Source of the DNA: Acidimicrobiia bacterium | GTDB taxonomy: Bacteria; Actinomycetota; Acidimicrobiia; Spongiisociales; Spongiisociaceae | Length of the DNA stretch: 64,000 nucleotides | Assembly (NCBI GenBank): GCA_965200835.1 | Contig: OZ241390.1 | Location: 2,256,297-2,320,296, forward strand | Reading direction: 5' to 3' | Shown: in pieces, positions 41,983-51,345 of the stretch | Position numbering within the stretch: position 1 is the first letter of the stretch | How the letters are laid out: every line of letters begins with the position of its first letter | The notes under the pieces: generated by a model | Databases searched by the model: none | Told to the model about the DNA's origin: nothing | What the model saw: only the letters and a program-made list of their open reading frames with translations | Program-made: the position numbers and the translations under genes

Positions 41983-42234
41983 ATGTCAAAAACCAAAGGC
42001 GGAGGTTCTACCAAGAACGGGCGGGATTCCCACGCCAAGCGATTGGGTCCGAAGGTTTTCGACGGGCAGCGGATCAATGCGGGCGCCATCATCGTCCGGC
42101 AGCGAGGAACCCCTATCCATCCGGGTGACAACGTGGGCCGGGGAGGTGACGACACCCTGTTCGCACTCCGGCCGGGCACGGTGATGTATCACCGGCGGAG
42201 CGGCCGCCGCAGGGTTAGCGTATTACCTGACTGA
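41983..42234 (+). CDS. rpmA: 50S ribosomal protein L27
   Basis: '[21 protein letters not shown]'. Confidence 0.9.
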   Translation: MSKTKGGGSTKNGRDSHAKRLGPKVFDGQRINAGAIIVRQRGTPIHPGDNVGRGGDDTLFALRPGTVMYHRRSGRRRVSVLPD

Positions 42235-42394
42235 AGGCCATCTACTCCTAGGCACCTACCGTTCCCCAAGGTCCGTACCCACGACTCCTGCGTTTGCGGT
42301 CGTCGCCGTGAGGGCCCCGGAGGGTAAAGAGAACCCTGCGGCAATACACTGAGGCCTAGATAAGCAATCTCACCCCACGAGGCGCCTCGGCCCT

Positions 42395-43654
42395 GTGTTC
42401 GTAGACAACGTCCGCCTTCATCTTCGCTCCGGAAACGGAGGAGCAGGTGCGGTTTCCTTCATCAAGGAGGGACGCCGCCCCAAGGGGAAGCCCTCGGGCG
42501 GTTCCGGCGGGCGCGGAGGAGAGGTGATCGTCATCGCTGATCGATGGAAGGCCACCCTGCACTCGTATCGCCGCCGCCCGCACCGTTCCGCAGGCTCCGG
42601 GACCCATGGTTCGGCGGACCAGCGGCACGGAAGGCGGGGACGGGACCTCCATCTGCCGGTACCACTGGGGACCTTGGTGTACGACGAGCAAGGCACGCTC
42701 ATGGCGGATCTGGTCGAGCATGGTCAGCGGGTGGTGGTCCTCCCCGGCGGTCGGGGAGGGCGGGGCAACGCCGCGCTCGTCTCGACCCGGAACCGGGCGC
42801 CCACTTTCTGTGAGCAGGGAGAGTACGGCGAGTCGGCCTGGTTCACGCTGGAGATGAAGCTCATGGCCGACGCTGCTCTGATCGGCTTTCCCAACGCGGG
42901 TAAGTCCACCCTCATTTCGCGGGTGTCGGCTGCTCGGCCGAAGATCGCTGATTACCCGTTCACCACCCTCGAGCCGAAGCTAGGTGTGGTGGTGATCGGT
43001 GAGCGGGAGTTCGTCCTGGCCGATGTACCGGGTCTGATCGAAGGGGCGGCCGATGGAAAGGGCCTTGGGCACGAGTTCCTGCGCCATTGCGAGCGAGCCA
43101 AGGTGCTGGTGGTGCTGCTCGATCCTTCCCCGTTGCAGACCATCCCTCCCGAGCGCCAGTATGAGATCCTCCGCCGCGAGCTGAGGTTGCATGATCCCGA
43201 GCTGGCCGAGCGCCCCCAGGTAGTAGCGGTGACCAAACGGGACCTCACCAGGGCCGATCCGATCACCGGCCCCCTCCGCCGAGCGGTTCCCAACGTGATG
43301 GCGATCAGTTCGGTTACGGGGGAGGGGATCGATCAGCTGTTGCATCAGATCGCCGATGCCGTCGATCGAGCCGATCGGGACATGCCAGGCGCTGAAGGTT
43401 TCGTCCTCCATCGGCCGGTGCGTTCGGGCTTCTCGGTGGACCGCATCGATGGGGTGTGGGTCGTCGAGGGTCGGGCTGCCGAGCGGGCGGTGGCTATCAA
43501 CGATCTGACCATCGCCGAGGCAGCCGGCCTGGCGGCTCGACGCCTGGACCGCCTCGGAGTGGACAGCGCCCTGCGGCGGGCCGGCGCGCAGGAGGGTGAT
43601 GACGTGAGGATCGGAGACCATCTGTTCGAGTACCGGAGCGCTGGAGATGGCTGA
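42395..43654 (+). CDS. obg: GTPase Obg
   Basis: Gly-rich Obg fold 'SGNGGAGAVSF' and G1 'GFPNAGKST'. Confidence 0.9.
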   Translation: MFVDNVRLHLRSGNGGAGAVSFIKEGRRPKGKPSGGSGGRGGEVIVIADRWKATLHSYRRRPHRSAGSGTHGSADQRHGRRGRDLHLPVPLGTLVYDEQGTLMADLVEHGQRVVVLPGGRGGRGNAALVSTRNRAPTFCEQGEYGESAWFTLEMKLMADAALIGFPNAGKSTLISRVSAARPKIADYPFTTLEPKLGVVVIGEREFVLADVPGLIEGAADGKGLGHEFLRHCERAKVLVVLLDPSPLQTIPPERQYEILRRELRLHDPELAERPQVVAVTKRDLTRADPITGPLRRAVPNVMAISSVTGEGIDQLLHQIADAVDRADRDMPGAEGFVLHRPVRSGFSVDRIDGVWVVEGRAAERAVAINDLTIAEAAGLAARRLDRLGVDSALRRAGAQEGDDVRIGDHLFEYRSAGDG

Positions 43655-44768
43655 GCTACCAGGCGGCGCCCGCCCCAAGCCTCTTCCCGGGACTCCCGTC
43701 GTCCTGAAGGTGGGTTCGTCGAGCCTTACCAATGCTGACGGCTCGATCGATCAGGAGGCCGTGCTCAGGGTCATCGACCAGGTCGGCACCTTCTGGAGTG
43801 CCGGTTGTCCGACCGTGCTGGTCTCGTCGGGCGCGGTGGCCGCCGGGTCACCGGCCCTGGGTGGCCGGCCGACCGAGATCACCGGCCTGCAGGTGGCAGC
43901 AGCCATCGGGCAGACCCTCCTGATGGCCCGATACAGCCAGGCGTTCACGGAAGCCGGCCGCATCATCGGGCAGGTGTTGATAACCATGGACATCCTCTCG
44001 ATGCGCTCGCAGTATCTCCATGCTCGAGGCGCTCTGCAGCGGATGCTCGACTGCGGCATCGTTCCGATCGTCAACGAGAACGACACGGTGGCGGTGGAGG
44101 GTCTGAAGATGGGCGACAACGACCGGCTGGCCGCCATCGTGTCGCATCTGATCGCCTCAGGCATGCTGGTGATCCTCACCGACACCGACGGCCTCTATTC
44201 GGCCGATCCCCGGTCCGGATCAGGCGACCGTATCCCTGTGGTCCGCCACAGCGACCCGGTCCTGGACGGGCTGGTCGTCGGCGGTGCCGGTCCGATGGGA
44301 TCGGGAGGGGTAGCCACCAAGATAGAGGCAGCCCGGATGGCCGCCTGGTCCGGAATCCCCACCGTGATCGTCCGTTCCACCCGGCCCGGTGTGATCCAGG
44401 AGATCATCGAGGGCAGGGCAACCGGAACCTATGTCCTACCCGGCCGGTCGCGACTCTCGGCCCGCAAACTCTGGCTGGCGTTCGGCCAGCAGCCGAAGGG
44501 CAGGGTAGGGATCGACGATGGTGCGGTCCGAGCACTCGTGGAACGAGGTAGCTCCCTGCTCTCGGTAGGAGTGACGGGGGTAGAGGGTGAGTTCATCCGC
44601 GGGGCGGCGGTGGAGGTCCGCGGTCCGGAAGGTGGGCTGGTAGGCAAGGGCCTGGCGAGCACCGGATCATCAGAGATGCGGCGGTGGATGGGCAAGCGAT
44701 CGGCCGAGATAGGCGCGGTAGGCGAGGTGATCCACAGGGACCAGCTGGTAGTCCTGCTCAGAGGGTGA
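43647..44768 (+). CDS. proB: glutamate 5-kinase (with PUA domain)
   Basis: 'VVLKVGSSSLT' and 'IVNENDTV' amino-acid-kinase motifs. C-terminal PUA domain. Confidence 0.9.
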   Translation: MAELPGGARPKPLPGTPVVLKVGSSSLTNADGSIDQEAVLRVIDQVGTFWSAGCPTVLVSSGAVAAGSPALGGRPTEITGLQVAAAIGQTLLMARYSQAFTEAGRIIGQVLITMDILSMRSQYLHARGALQRMLDCGIVPIVNENDTVAVEGLKMGDNDRLAAIVSHLIASGMLVILTDTDGLYSADPRSGSGDRIPVVRHSDPVLDGLVVGGAGPMGSGGVATKIEAARMAAWSGIPTVIVRSTRPGVIQEIIEGRATGTYVLPGRSRLSARKLWLAFGQQPKGRVGIDDGAVRALVERGSSLLSVGVTGVEGEFIRGAAVEVRGPEGGLVGKGLASTGSSEMRRWMGKRSAEIGAVGEVIHRDQLVVLLRG

Positions 44769-45062
44769 AACCGCGTCGGCAAGCAGTGACGGGGGCCGGA
44801 CCGCGGGGCGCCTTAGGAGCCGGAACCTGGTGCCACTGATTCTGCGCCCTGATCAGCTGTTGGCTACATTTTCCTTGCGCTGAAGCTTCGCCGGGGCCGA
44901 GAAAAGCGATACTGTGATCACTCTCACATGGTAGAGTCAGCTGGTGATTCTAGCTTTGCCAGCGGCTGATGGAACGGTGACATTACGTTGTGAAAGTAGG
45001 TTGCTTCCTTTGGAGGGGGCATTACGAGGGCCAGTATTGCTGGAAGTACGGAGCCTCCTACT

Positions 45063-46981
45063 GTGGGTGGTCTGAGTAAGTTATCTGGCCTCATATCGTT
45101 GCTTGTAGCAGTTGTCGTTGCTTACGGCTTCTCGGTCCCGCTTTTCAGCCTCTCTCCCCTTCAGGCAAAGAGCGCTGGTTCTTTTGACTTAGCCGTTTCT
45201 TACTCTTCGAGGTGTCCGAACGGCGGCCGAAGCTGACTTGCCTGATGTTGTCGGTAGCTACTGGGATGTCAATGAGGACTCAGTTCATTATTCAAGCATC
45301 TCGACTCTCACCAGCCTCGGTGTGTTTCGGGATACTGGGTGTGGGAACGACCGGTTTTGTCCCGAAGAGCCGCTTCTACGTTGGGTGATGGCTGTTTGGT
45401 TAATTCGGATGCTCTATGAGGAGCCTTCGGATGCTGGTAATACTTTCTACGATGTAGATGATTGGGAATGGTGGGCAGGGCAGGTGGTTCGTCTTGGTGA
45501 GGTGGGTGTAACTTCGGGTTGTAGCGCCGATCCTCCGTACTTTTGTCCTGACTATGCGGTCACTCGTGCTCAGATGGCTACGTTTCTGACTCGCGCATTC
45601 CGGCTCGATCCGGTAGCTTCTAGTGGGTTCGCTGACGTTGACCTAACGATGCACACGCTGACGGCATCGGTGCGTTGGCCGCTTCGGGTGTCACTGCCGG
45701 ATGTCGGACTGATCCTCCCAGGTTCTGTCCCAACCAGGCCGTGACTCGTGCTCAGATGGCTACGTTTCTGGCACAGGTCCTCAACCTCTCACCCATAGCC
45801 GACCAAGACCACGGTCGGGATAGTGCTCCTGACGACATTGTTGCTTACGGTGAGGTTAATGGGCGGATAGCCGCTGGTCTTTATCACTCTTGTGCCATCG
45901 GTCTCGACGACACGATAACCTGTTGGGGTTCTGATTATTCTGGTAAGACAGATACTCCTGTCGGTAAGTATAAGTAGGTTTCGGCCGGTGTTAGTCATTC
46001 GTGCGCTATCGACTTTGACGACACGATAACCTGTTGGGGTTTGATAGCTCTGGTGAGACAGATGCTCCTGTCGGTAAGTATAAGTAGGTTTCGGCCGGTG
46101 TTAGTCATTCGTGTGCTATCGGTTTTGACGACACGATAACCTGTTGGGGTTCTGACCATAATCTTGATGTTGATATTGGTGTTGGGGCCCTTGATGCTCC
46201 CCACGGTAAGTTTAGGCAGATAGTCACTTATAACCTTCATTCCTGTGCAGTCACCTTGGGTGGAACGATCCGATACTGGGGCAACAGATTTCGTGCTCGG
46301 GATGGTAAATATCGGCAGGTAACCGTCGGGAACGGGCATGCGTGTGCGATCACTCTGAGCGATACGATCGTCTGCTGGGGCGCGGACCGCTATGGTCAGC
46401 TTGAGGCTCCTGACGGTACGTTTGTGCAGATAGCCACTGGTGAGCATCATTCGTGTGCTATCACTGTAAAAGATGCGTTTGTCTGTTGGGGCCGTAACCG
46501 TTATGGCGAGACTAATGCCCCAGGCAGTGAACCCATAAGCAGTGTTCCTACGGTGACACTATTCGACATTACTGATGAACAAGACCGTGATCTACGTTCA
46601 TATTTGGACGGTGATAAGCATTTGATGCTGTGGTTCTTCGCACCGTGGTGACCGTCTTGTCGGGCTATGGCGCCCGTTGTTGAGCAGTTTGCTCAACAGT
46701 ACTTGAGTGAGGTGAAGGTTATCGTGGTTGGCAGCCAAGCTAGTTTGGAACGTGTTAAGACCGGTCTTGACGACCTCGACCTCGGCGTTGACAGCATTCC
46801 CGTATGGGACTCCGGAAACACTTTGTGGGGTATCTGGCCTCCAGCCAACAACCACCCACAGTTTGGCTCCTTTAGTAACAACTCCCGCTATGTGGTGTTT
46901 CGGCCCGATGGCTCTCTTCTGGACGGCGGCGTCTGGAACTGCCCAAGCTGCTCATCTCCTCCTTGGACACCCGAAGGGTAG
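45063..46981 (+). pseudogene. Decayed gene for a protein with a signal peptide, three SLH domains, an RCC1-like beta-propeller repeat array and a TlpA-like thioredoxin-fold domain
   Basis: Signal peptide 'LSKLSGLISLLVAVVVAYG..LQA'. SLH motifs '..AVTRAQMATFL..'. About six 37-aa repeats 'G(K/T)(Y/F)xQ(V/I)..GxxHSCAI..DxTIxCWG'. Redoxin 'WFFAPW[TGA]PSC'. There are at least three frame changes, two in-frame TAGs (45975-77 and 46085-87) and one in-frame TGA (46649-51). Confidence 0.6.
45868..46097 (+). repeat. Near-identical 110/111-bp tandem direct repeat, about two copies, inside the RCC1 array. Each copy ends in '..GGTAAGTATAAGTAG'.
   Basis: Copies at 45868-45977 and 45978-46087. They differ by a few substitutions and a 1-nt deletion. 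Both carry TAG where the repeat consensus has CAG (Gln). Confidence 0.7.
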
Positions 46982-47237
46982 CTTTAGCAATATGATGCGT
47001 GTGGTAGCAGTTTTGAACACATTTGTTTGGGGCTACTTTGTGTGGGGATACTGGTTGGTTGGCGTGTTGGTGTTCACGACAGGCATCTGTAGGGTTAACC
47101 ACGATCTGGCTCTTGGGTTTATCCGTAGAGTATGGCAAATTCAGTTTCATAAACAAGGTTCCGCGGGATAGGCTGGAGTCCTTAGAGGAACCGGCCTAGG
47201 TGGCTTTACATAAGCGAAATGGGAAATAGGGGTAGTT

Positions 47238-47876
47238 GTGATAGCGCGGACAAAAGTCTTGTTACTGGTAGTTGGGGCCGCCTCTGTGGTAGTTGGATTG
47301 GCTATTTGTTCCGGATCCTGACCGGCCGGACGAGGAGCCTGATGTTGAACCGAGAGCTATAATATATTCCGGAGTCGGAGGAACCAGATTCCCCGGATGT
47401 TGTCGTTCCAGAGCCAGAGGAACCTGACCCCCCGGTGGAGGTTGACAGGCCGGACCTCGAGGTTGATTATGTCCAGGTAGCCGCCGGTCACTAGCATGAG
47501 TGTGCGGTCACCTCAGGCGGGTACATTGAGTGCTGGGGCGGCGACGAGTACGGGGAGGTGTCGGGGGCGCCAACCGACCGCGGTTATATCCAGGTCTCCC
47601 CAGGGGCCGGGCATGAGTGTGCGGTCACCGCCGACGGGTACATTGAGTGCTGGGGCTATGACTACTACGGGCAGGTGTCGGGGGCGCCGACGGGTGGCGG
47701 TGATATTCAAGTCTCAGCCGGTTGGGAGCATGTATGTGCGATCAGATCAGGCGACGAGTACATTGAGTGCTGGGGCAGCGACAGGTGGTAGTGGCGCAGC
47801 TGGATATCTTGAGGGGTTCAACTGCGGCGTTGTGTCGGATTGGGGGTTTTCGTGTGTGATTACAGGCAATCCTTAG
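47238..47876 (+). pseudogene. Second decayed RCC1-repeat protein with a lipoprotein-type signal and an Asp/Glu/Pro-rich linker
   Basis: 'VIARTKVLLLVVGAASVVVGLAICSGS'. 'EPDPPVEVDRPDLEVD' linker. Repeats 'GxxHECAVTxxGYIECWGxDxYGQVSGAP'. Frameshifts and an in-frame TAG at 47492-94. Confidence 0.5.
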
Positions 47877-48777
47877 GTTGCGGGGTTGCCGGTCGGATGT
47901 GATTCGGGTGTGTTCGGCCGTGAAGGGTGGTGGGGTGTGCCGATCGTCTCTCTGGAGTTCTCCTGAGGTGGTTCAGGTAGTTCATGTTGGCGTTTGGGCC
48001 GTTGACGGTTGTGTGATAGCTTTTGGGAGCGAGCGCCAGGTCGCCATGGTGAACAACCTTTGAGTGTTCGTAGTTTTTGTTTTCACGTCGGTTGCGGTGC
48101 AGCGCGTAACCGTCGGGTCGATTCAGACAGAAGTAGTAGGTCTGTCTTCCAGTTAGGGCGAGCCCTGGCGCCCGTCATGGGAATGGGGCGGCCACGCAGC
48201 CGATGTGCGTCTTGGGATACACACCTCATAGAGAGTCAGGTGCTCGGCCGGCCGTGGGTACGCCATTGAGTGCACCCGCTGGCGGGGCGCCTGGCCACCG
48301 CCGCGAGTCGCGATCTTCGTCTCGTGCGCTCGAACAGCACACGTTTTGGGTAGCGGCCCTCAGTCGGTGTGGAGCCAGACGTTGCCACAAGCCGGTGATC
48401 AGATTCGACCACGAATGGTGTGGCTGGCGGAATGTAGACCACGTAACCCATATGATCGAACACCGAGCTACTGCTTGTCGGCTCCAGTTTGGGTGCCGTC
48501 GAAGACCCAGTCGGTTGAGACCAGGATCAGCTTCGCACCGACTTGTTCGCTGCCTTCGCGAGCACCCGGAAGCGCACCGGCAGAAGTCCTTTCAAGACTC
48601 ACGCTAGCCTCCGGGGCATCTGCCATCAGACTTGTCACGGTGCCGCTTCAATCCAATCACATGATCTTGACCGCGTCTGAGGTCGCTGAGAGGCCAGCGT
48701 CAGCCGGTATTTACGGTGCCTGCCGTAGAAGGAGAATCTTTGGAGATTGCTCGGCTGAAGTAGTCAGGAGACTAAGC

Positions 48778-49059
48778 ATGATCTCGGTTGATCTATCTAC
48801 AGTCCGTTGGCTATTGCCGGTTGTGGCGCTTGCTGTTGTTGCCCTAATCGGCTGCGGCGCCGACCCCGAACCGCCCGCGGCCACCGACACCGCAGAGCAA
48901 GAACCCATGTACGAGGCTGCCGACATGCCAGGGGAACAACCCGAAGCCACGGACACATCCGAAGAAGAAGCCGCTTCAACCGTGGACACTCCCAACACCG
49001 CCGACGGCGCATATATGCAGGTTTCGTCCAGGTTATGGTCCGGCCCGTTATTATGGTGA
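48778..49059 (+). CDS. small acidic lipoprotein (hypothetical)
   Basis: AGGAG Shine-Dalgarno 8 nt upstream of the ATG. Signal peptide plus lipobox 'VVALIGCG'. Asp/Glu/Thr-rich mature part. Confidence 0.45.
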   Translation: MISVDLSTVRWLLPVVALAVVALIGCGADPEPPAATDTAEQEPMYEAADMPGEQPEATDTSEEEAASTVDTPNTADGAYMQVSSRLWSGPLLW

Positions 49060-49219
49060 TAGTAACTATATGTATGCGGCGGTCGGTACGGGTGCGGGTG
49101 ATGGTACTTTGGCACAGTGGAAGTTTGTTGCATTGTAGTTGATGATGACTTTGATATTGAGGTGTTTGTTCCTTATAATCATGGTTCTGCACGGGTTATG
49201 TATAGGATTCGGTCTTTGA

Positions 49220-49816
49220 ATGATATTGGTGGTTGGGATGAGCGGCGGTGTTCGGATGTTGGAGCAGGTTAAACTGTCGGGGTGGTCTCGTTTGGGGGAT
49301 TCTTTATATGTTGATGGTAGTGAGTCGGTGCCTCGGTCTTTGGTGATTCAGGTTCACTATTCGGACTCGCAGTATGCGGAGGGGTTTCCGGTTGATCCTC
49401 TTTATCGAATGATGGGTGTGGATGCCGTCAGGATACGGTGTTCTTCCTGTGGTGGTGAGGATGAGGAGCCTGTGGATGAGGAGCCTCCGTCTCGGCCGCG
49501 GAATATGAGGCTGGTGCGGCAGGACAGTCCCCGCTCGGGGTATAGGTATCAGTATGTTATTAGTGTTGACCCGCCGGCCGATAGTGGTGGTGGTCCGGTG
49601 ACGGGTTATAGGTTTACGTTTGCCCGTGCTGGGCGTGGTGGTTCTTTTGTTAGGAGTGTCCCTAGGATTATTCTCCTTACGAAGTCAGCGACTAGATATA
49701 CCGTTTCGTTTTCGGCTGTTAATGAGTTTGGTACTAGTGATCCGATTACGCCGGCGTTTTACTACGCCTCGGTCTGTGACGGAACCGTCCGTGCCGACAC
49801 CTGGTCGACCGCTTAA
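49220..49816 (+). CDS. fibronectin type-III domain protein, N-terminal part
   Basis: FN3 signature 'PSRPRNMRLV..GYRYQYVISVDPP..VTGYRFTF..TRYTVSFSAVNEFGTSDP'. Overlaps the next ORF in another frame. This may be a frameshifted single gene. Confidence 0.45.
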   Translation: MILVVGMSGGVRMLEQVKLSGWSRLGDSLYVDGSESVPRSLVIQVHYSDSQYAEGFPVDPLYRMMGVDAVRIRCSSCGGEDEEPVDEEPPSRPRNMRLVRQDSPRSGYRYQYVISVDPPADSGGGPVTGYRFTFARAGRGGSFVRSVPRIILLTKSATRYTVSFSAVNEFGTSDPITPAFYYASVCDGTVRADTWSTA

Positions 49817-50837
49817 TCTTAAGGTTACGGTTGGGATTATGGATGCTGAAAGTCGGCGACTGCCTGTTACGTTGACTTGGAGTCGGCCATCTGGGTCCGG
49901 TGGTCGTGATGTTGATCACTATAAATTGCAGATTGTGGATGCGGGCGGTAGACGAGTGCAGGAGTGGACACCGAGGGAGATTAGGCATCCGGCCTATTTG
50001 TATCCGGATGTGTCAGGTAGTTATAAGGTTACAGTGTCGGCAGTGAACCGCGGCAGTGGCCGCAGTGTGATTGGTCCGTCTGTGAGTAAGCAGTTTACTC
50101 TGTCGGCCTGTCCGTATGATAAGCGGCTACTGACATCGAGGAATAGGCAGGTATCTGCTCGAAGGTTCCCTGTGGTTGATGTGAGTCGGCAGGTTTATAT
50201 TCAGGCTCGTCAAAAAAGCGGAGAGCTGCATGACCGTAAATTGATTCGTGGTGCTATAGGCAGCTGGGGTTGTGCCTGGGTTGGCTATGGGGCGGAGCTT
50301 AACAATAGAAGCTTTGTGAGGGATGACGCACTTGTTACTGGGCGTGCAATCGTCAAAGACGATGCGACAGTGTCGAATGGTGCTCTTGTTTCGGGTAATG
50401 CAGAGGTCAGCGGTCGAGCACAAGTTTATCAGGGCGCCAGGATAATAGGCAACAATCTTGGCAGGGATAAAGCGAGAGTTTACGATGATGCTCGAGTGTA
50501 TTGCAATGCCAAGATATCAGAAAATGCTACAGTTTACGGTCATGCTGAAGTGTATGGAGCAGCACAGGTTTATGGCGACGCGGATGTTCGCGGGGACGCT
50601 AGGGTGTATGGTAATGCTAAGGTTTACGGTGCCTTGACTATTGTAGAAGGTAACGCCCAGGTCTATGGGAACGCCGAAGTTTATGGTACGGACACAGAAA
50701 GTGTGAGGCGTTTGGAGACCGAGACTCGTATACGGGGCAATGCTGAAGGTCACGGAGAGGCTGTGGTCTTTGGCAAAGAGACGATCATTGAAGGCAGCGC
50801 CAAAGTTTATGGCGACGCGAGGCTTGGTAGCAGATAA
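49620..50837 (+). CDS. Protein with a second FN3 domain followed by about 25 tandem hexapeptide 'A-x-V-Y-G-x' repeats (beta-solenoid-like). The real start is probably an internal GTG near 49776, or the gene is frameshift-fused to the preceding ORF.
   Basis: 'PGRPLNLKVTV..LTWSRPSGSGGRDVDHYKLQI..SYKVTVSAVNRGSGRS' FN3, then 'GNAEVSGRAQVYQGARIIGN..ARVYGNAKVYGALTIVEGNAQVYGNAEVYG'. Confidence 0.5.
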   Translation: MPVLGVVVLLLGVSLGLFSLRSQRLDIPFRFRLLMSLVLVIRLRRRFTTPRSVTEPSVPTPGRPLNLKVTVGIMDAESRRLPVTLTWSRPSGSGGRDVDHYKLQIVDAGGRRVQEWTPREIRHPAYLYPDVSGSYKVTVSAVNRGSGRSVIGPSVSKQFTLSACPYDKRLLTSRNRQVSARRFPVVDVSRQVYIQARQKSGELHDRKLIRGAIGSWGCAWVGYGAELNNRSFVRDDALVTGRAIVKDDATVSNGALVSGNAEVSGRAQVYQGARIIGNNLGRDKARVYDDARVYCNAKISENATVYGHAEVYGAAQVYGDADVRGDARVYGNAKVYGALTIVEGNAQVYGNAEVYGTDTESVRRLETETRIRGNAEGHGEAVVFGKETIIEGSAKVYGDARLGSR

Positions 50838-50891
50838 GAACCCCTTGTTATCGATGAGCCTCATTATGATGGCAAACAGGAATTCGAATGG

Positions 50892-51345
50892 ATGGCCAAG
50901 GAAGCATACAACGTGGCCTACCGTCAAGCTAGGGACTATTTATCGGATTGCTTCCCCAAATTGTGGGCAACTATGAAGCAGGAAGATAAACATGACACAA
51001 TCCGGGTCGGCTTGGGTGAACCGTGGTCAAATACACGCGCACTCCCTGAGGAGATTCTCAAAATGGCGTGTGATAATTTCGAGTTCGCCGAAACGGATCA
51101 GGGAAATGGTGAACCCATGGATGGCCAGTTTTGGTTTTGTGGCACCATTTCTGAAAGCGGGTAAGCTCACAGGATACTTGAAGCTGATAAGGGACGGGAT
51201 CATACTCGCCTACGACGCAAAGAACGTGTGGGACAACATGAACCTGCTCACAGCCTTGACAGAAGCAAAAGGTATGATGATGAAGAACACCTTCGAACAA
51301 TGCCGTAAGGCATCAGAGGCATCAGAGCCATTCAAAGACTGCTAA
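50892..51345 (+). CDS. Hypothetical low-GC ORF(s): two overlapping frames (50892..51164 and 50992..51345) with no recognisable domain
   Basis: AT-rich codon usage typical of the island. No homology recognised. Possibly one frameshifted gene. Confidence 0.25.

Noticed and set aside
45868-46097. Tandem direct repeats that might be mistaken for a CRISPR or other repeat array
   Set aside because: The 110-bp units are in-frame RCC1 protein blades with no spacers. They are coding repeats, not CRISPR.
47880-48770. Searched the gene-poor stretch of the island for an IS element or transposase, e.g. the minus-strand ORF 48236..48463 ('VYIPPATPFVVES')
   Set aside because: No DDE, HTH or terminal inverted repeats recognisable. 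The resemblance to transposase motifs is superficial.
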